A stretch of DNA of 64,000 bases from positions 33,803-97,802 of the IMG/VR virus record IMGVR_UViG_3300032829_000004. One strand, 5' to 3'. The translations under genes were made by a program, and so were the position numbers. Positions 63,440-64,000 of the stretch are shown here, piece by piece (the stretch's first letter is position 1; each line of letters begins with the position of its first letter). Below the pieces are notes generated by a model, which was not told where the DNA came from, ran no database searches, and was given only the letters and a program-made list of their open reading frames with translations. The DNA comes from a virus.

Positions 63440-63498
63440 GTTCCCTGCCGACACTCTTATTCTTGCCTACTTTTGGCCACATGTCAAGCCGGACGGGA
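63440..63498 (-). promoter_or_regulatory. 59-bp promoter repeat, copy 2
   Basis: Direct repeat of 62898-62956. Confidence 0.75.
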
Positions 63499-63627
63499 AA
63501 AGAGAAGATGATCTTGAAAGCCCGCAGCCGAAGATGATCTTGAAGAAGATGACCTTCGAGGCCACGCCCACGGCACCTCTCGCGCGCCACGTCGACACCA
63601 CCCGCCCCGGTCGGTGATCATGGCTGC

Positions 63628-64000
63628 ATGGCGGCACGGCAGCGGTACCAGGCACCACCCGTCACGGACGGGGAACAGCGGGAATGCGCGCGAGGCCCAT
63701 GGTGCTCGGCCTCCACCCGCGACGAAGAGGGCACCTGGCATCCCGCCCGCTCCTACGCCCCGTTCTGCCCCGCCGACACCAGCAAGATCACCGCCGACGC
63801 CGAAGCCCTCCCCGCCGCCTGGGAACGACTCGCCGCCCGCATCGGCGACCCCGTCCGATCCGGCCACGCGATCCGGAGACCGCCCGGCTCCCGCGTCCTC
63901 GTCGACCCCGAGCACGACGCGCTCCTCCGCGAGACCGCGGACATCACCGCCGGGTGGGCCGCCAGGGTCCGCGCCGTCCCCGGCCTCCGCCTCGCCCGCC
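63628..64000 (+). CDS. Hypothetical protein, 3' truncated by window
   Basis: MAARQRYQ...CARGPWC...FCPAD..., open to the window end. Confidence 0.55.
   Translation, partial: MAARQRYQAPPVTDGEQRECARGPWCSASTRDEEGTWHPARSYAPFCPADTSKITADAEALPAAWERLAARIGDPVRSGHAIRRPPGSRVLVDPEHDALLRETADITAGWAARVRAVPGLRLAR

Larger units (their letters stand above)
1..64000. mobile_element. Temperate actinophage genome segment with an AICE-like transfer module
   Basis: Endolysin, integrase with attP, cI/cro pair, RecT/YqaJ, Dam-like methylase, WhiB, dense ATGA/GTGA-coupled small ORFs; no host housekeeping genes. Confidence 0.9.

Overview
High-GC actinobacterial temperate phage genome segment, probably in its free, non-integrated form because an intact attP-like site is present. 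Layout: end of the late region (glycosylation genes, lysis cassette, SGNH tail-associated protein, 1-9.2 kb); accessory genes and a recombination block (serine integrase with attP, Phd/GIY-YIG pair, Cre-like tyrosine recombinase with a lox-like site, 9.4-17.4 kb); a long leftward early operon of small genes with a Dam-like methylase, replication protein, RecT/YqaJ and a BldC-like regulator (17.9-46.6 kb); cro/cI switch (46.3-47.3 kb); a regulator-rich island (47-56.5 kb); WhiB and an AICE-type TraB/Spd conjugation module (56.9-61.9 kb). Two loci stand out. (1) At 34.6-37.1 kb a lone RAMP/Cas7-like gene is embedded in nine non-coding tracts of GGC-NN pentamers (fixed trinucleotide, variable dinucleotide) separated by seven tRNA-elbow-like hairpins, with its own promoter and divergent repressor. 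It looks like a compact non-CRISPR RNA-guided system (VIPR-like). (2) At 2.7-3.4 kb an intein carries its HNH homing endonuclease on the antisense strand. All calls come from motif reading by eye; no database searches were run.
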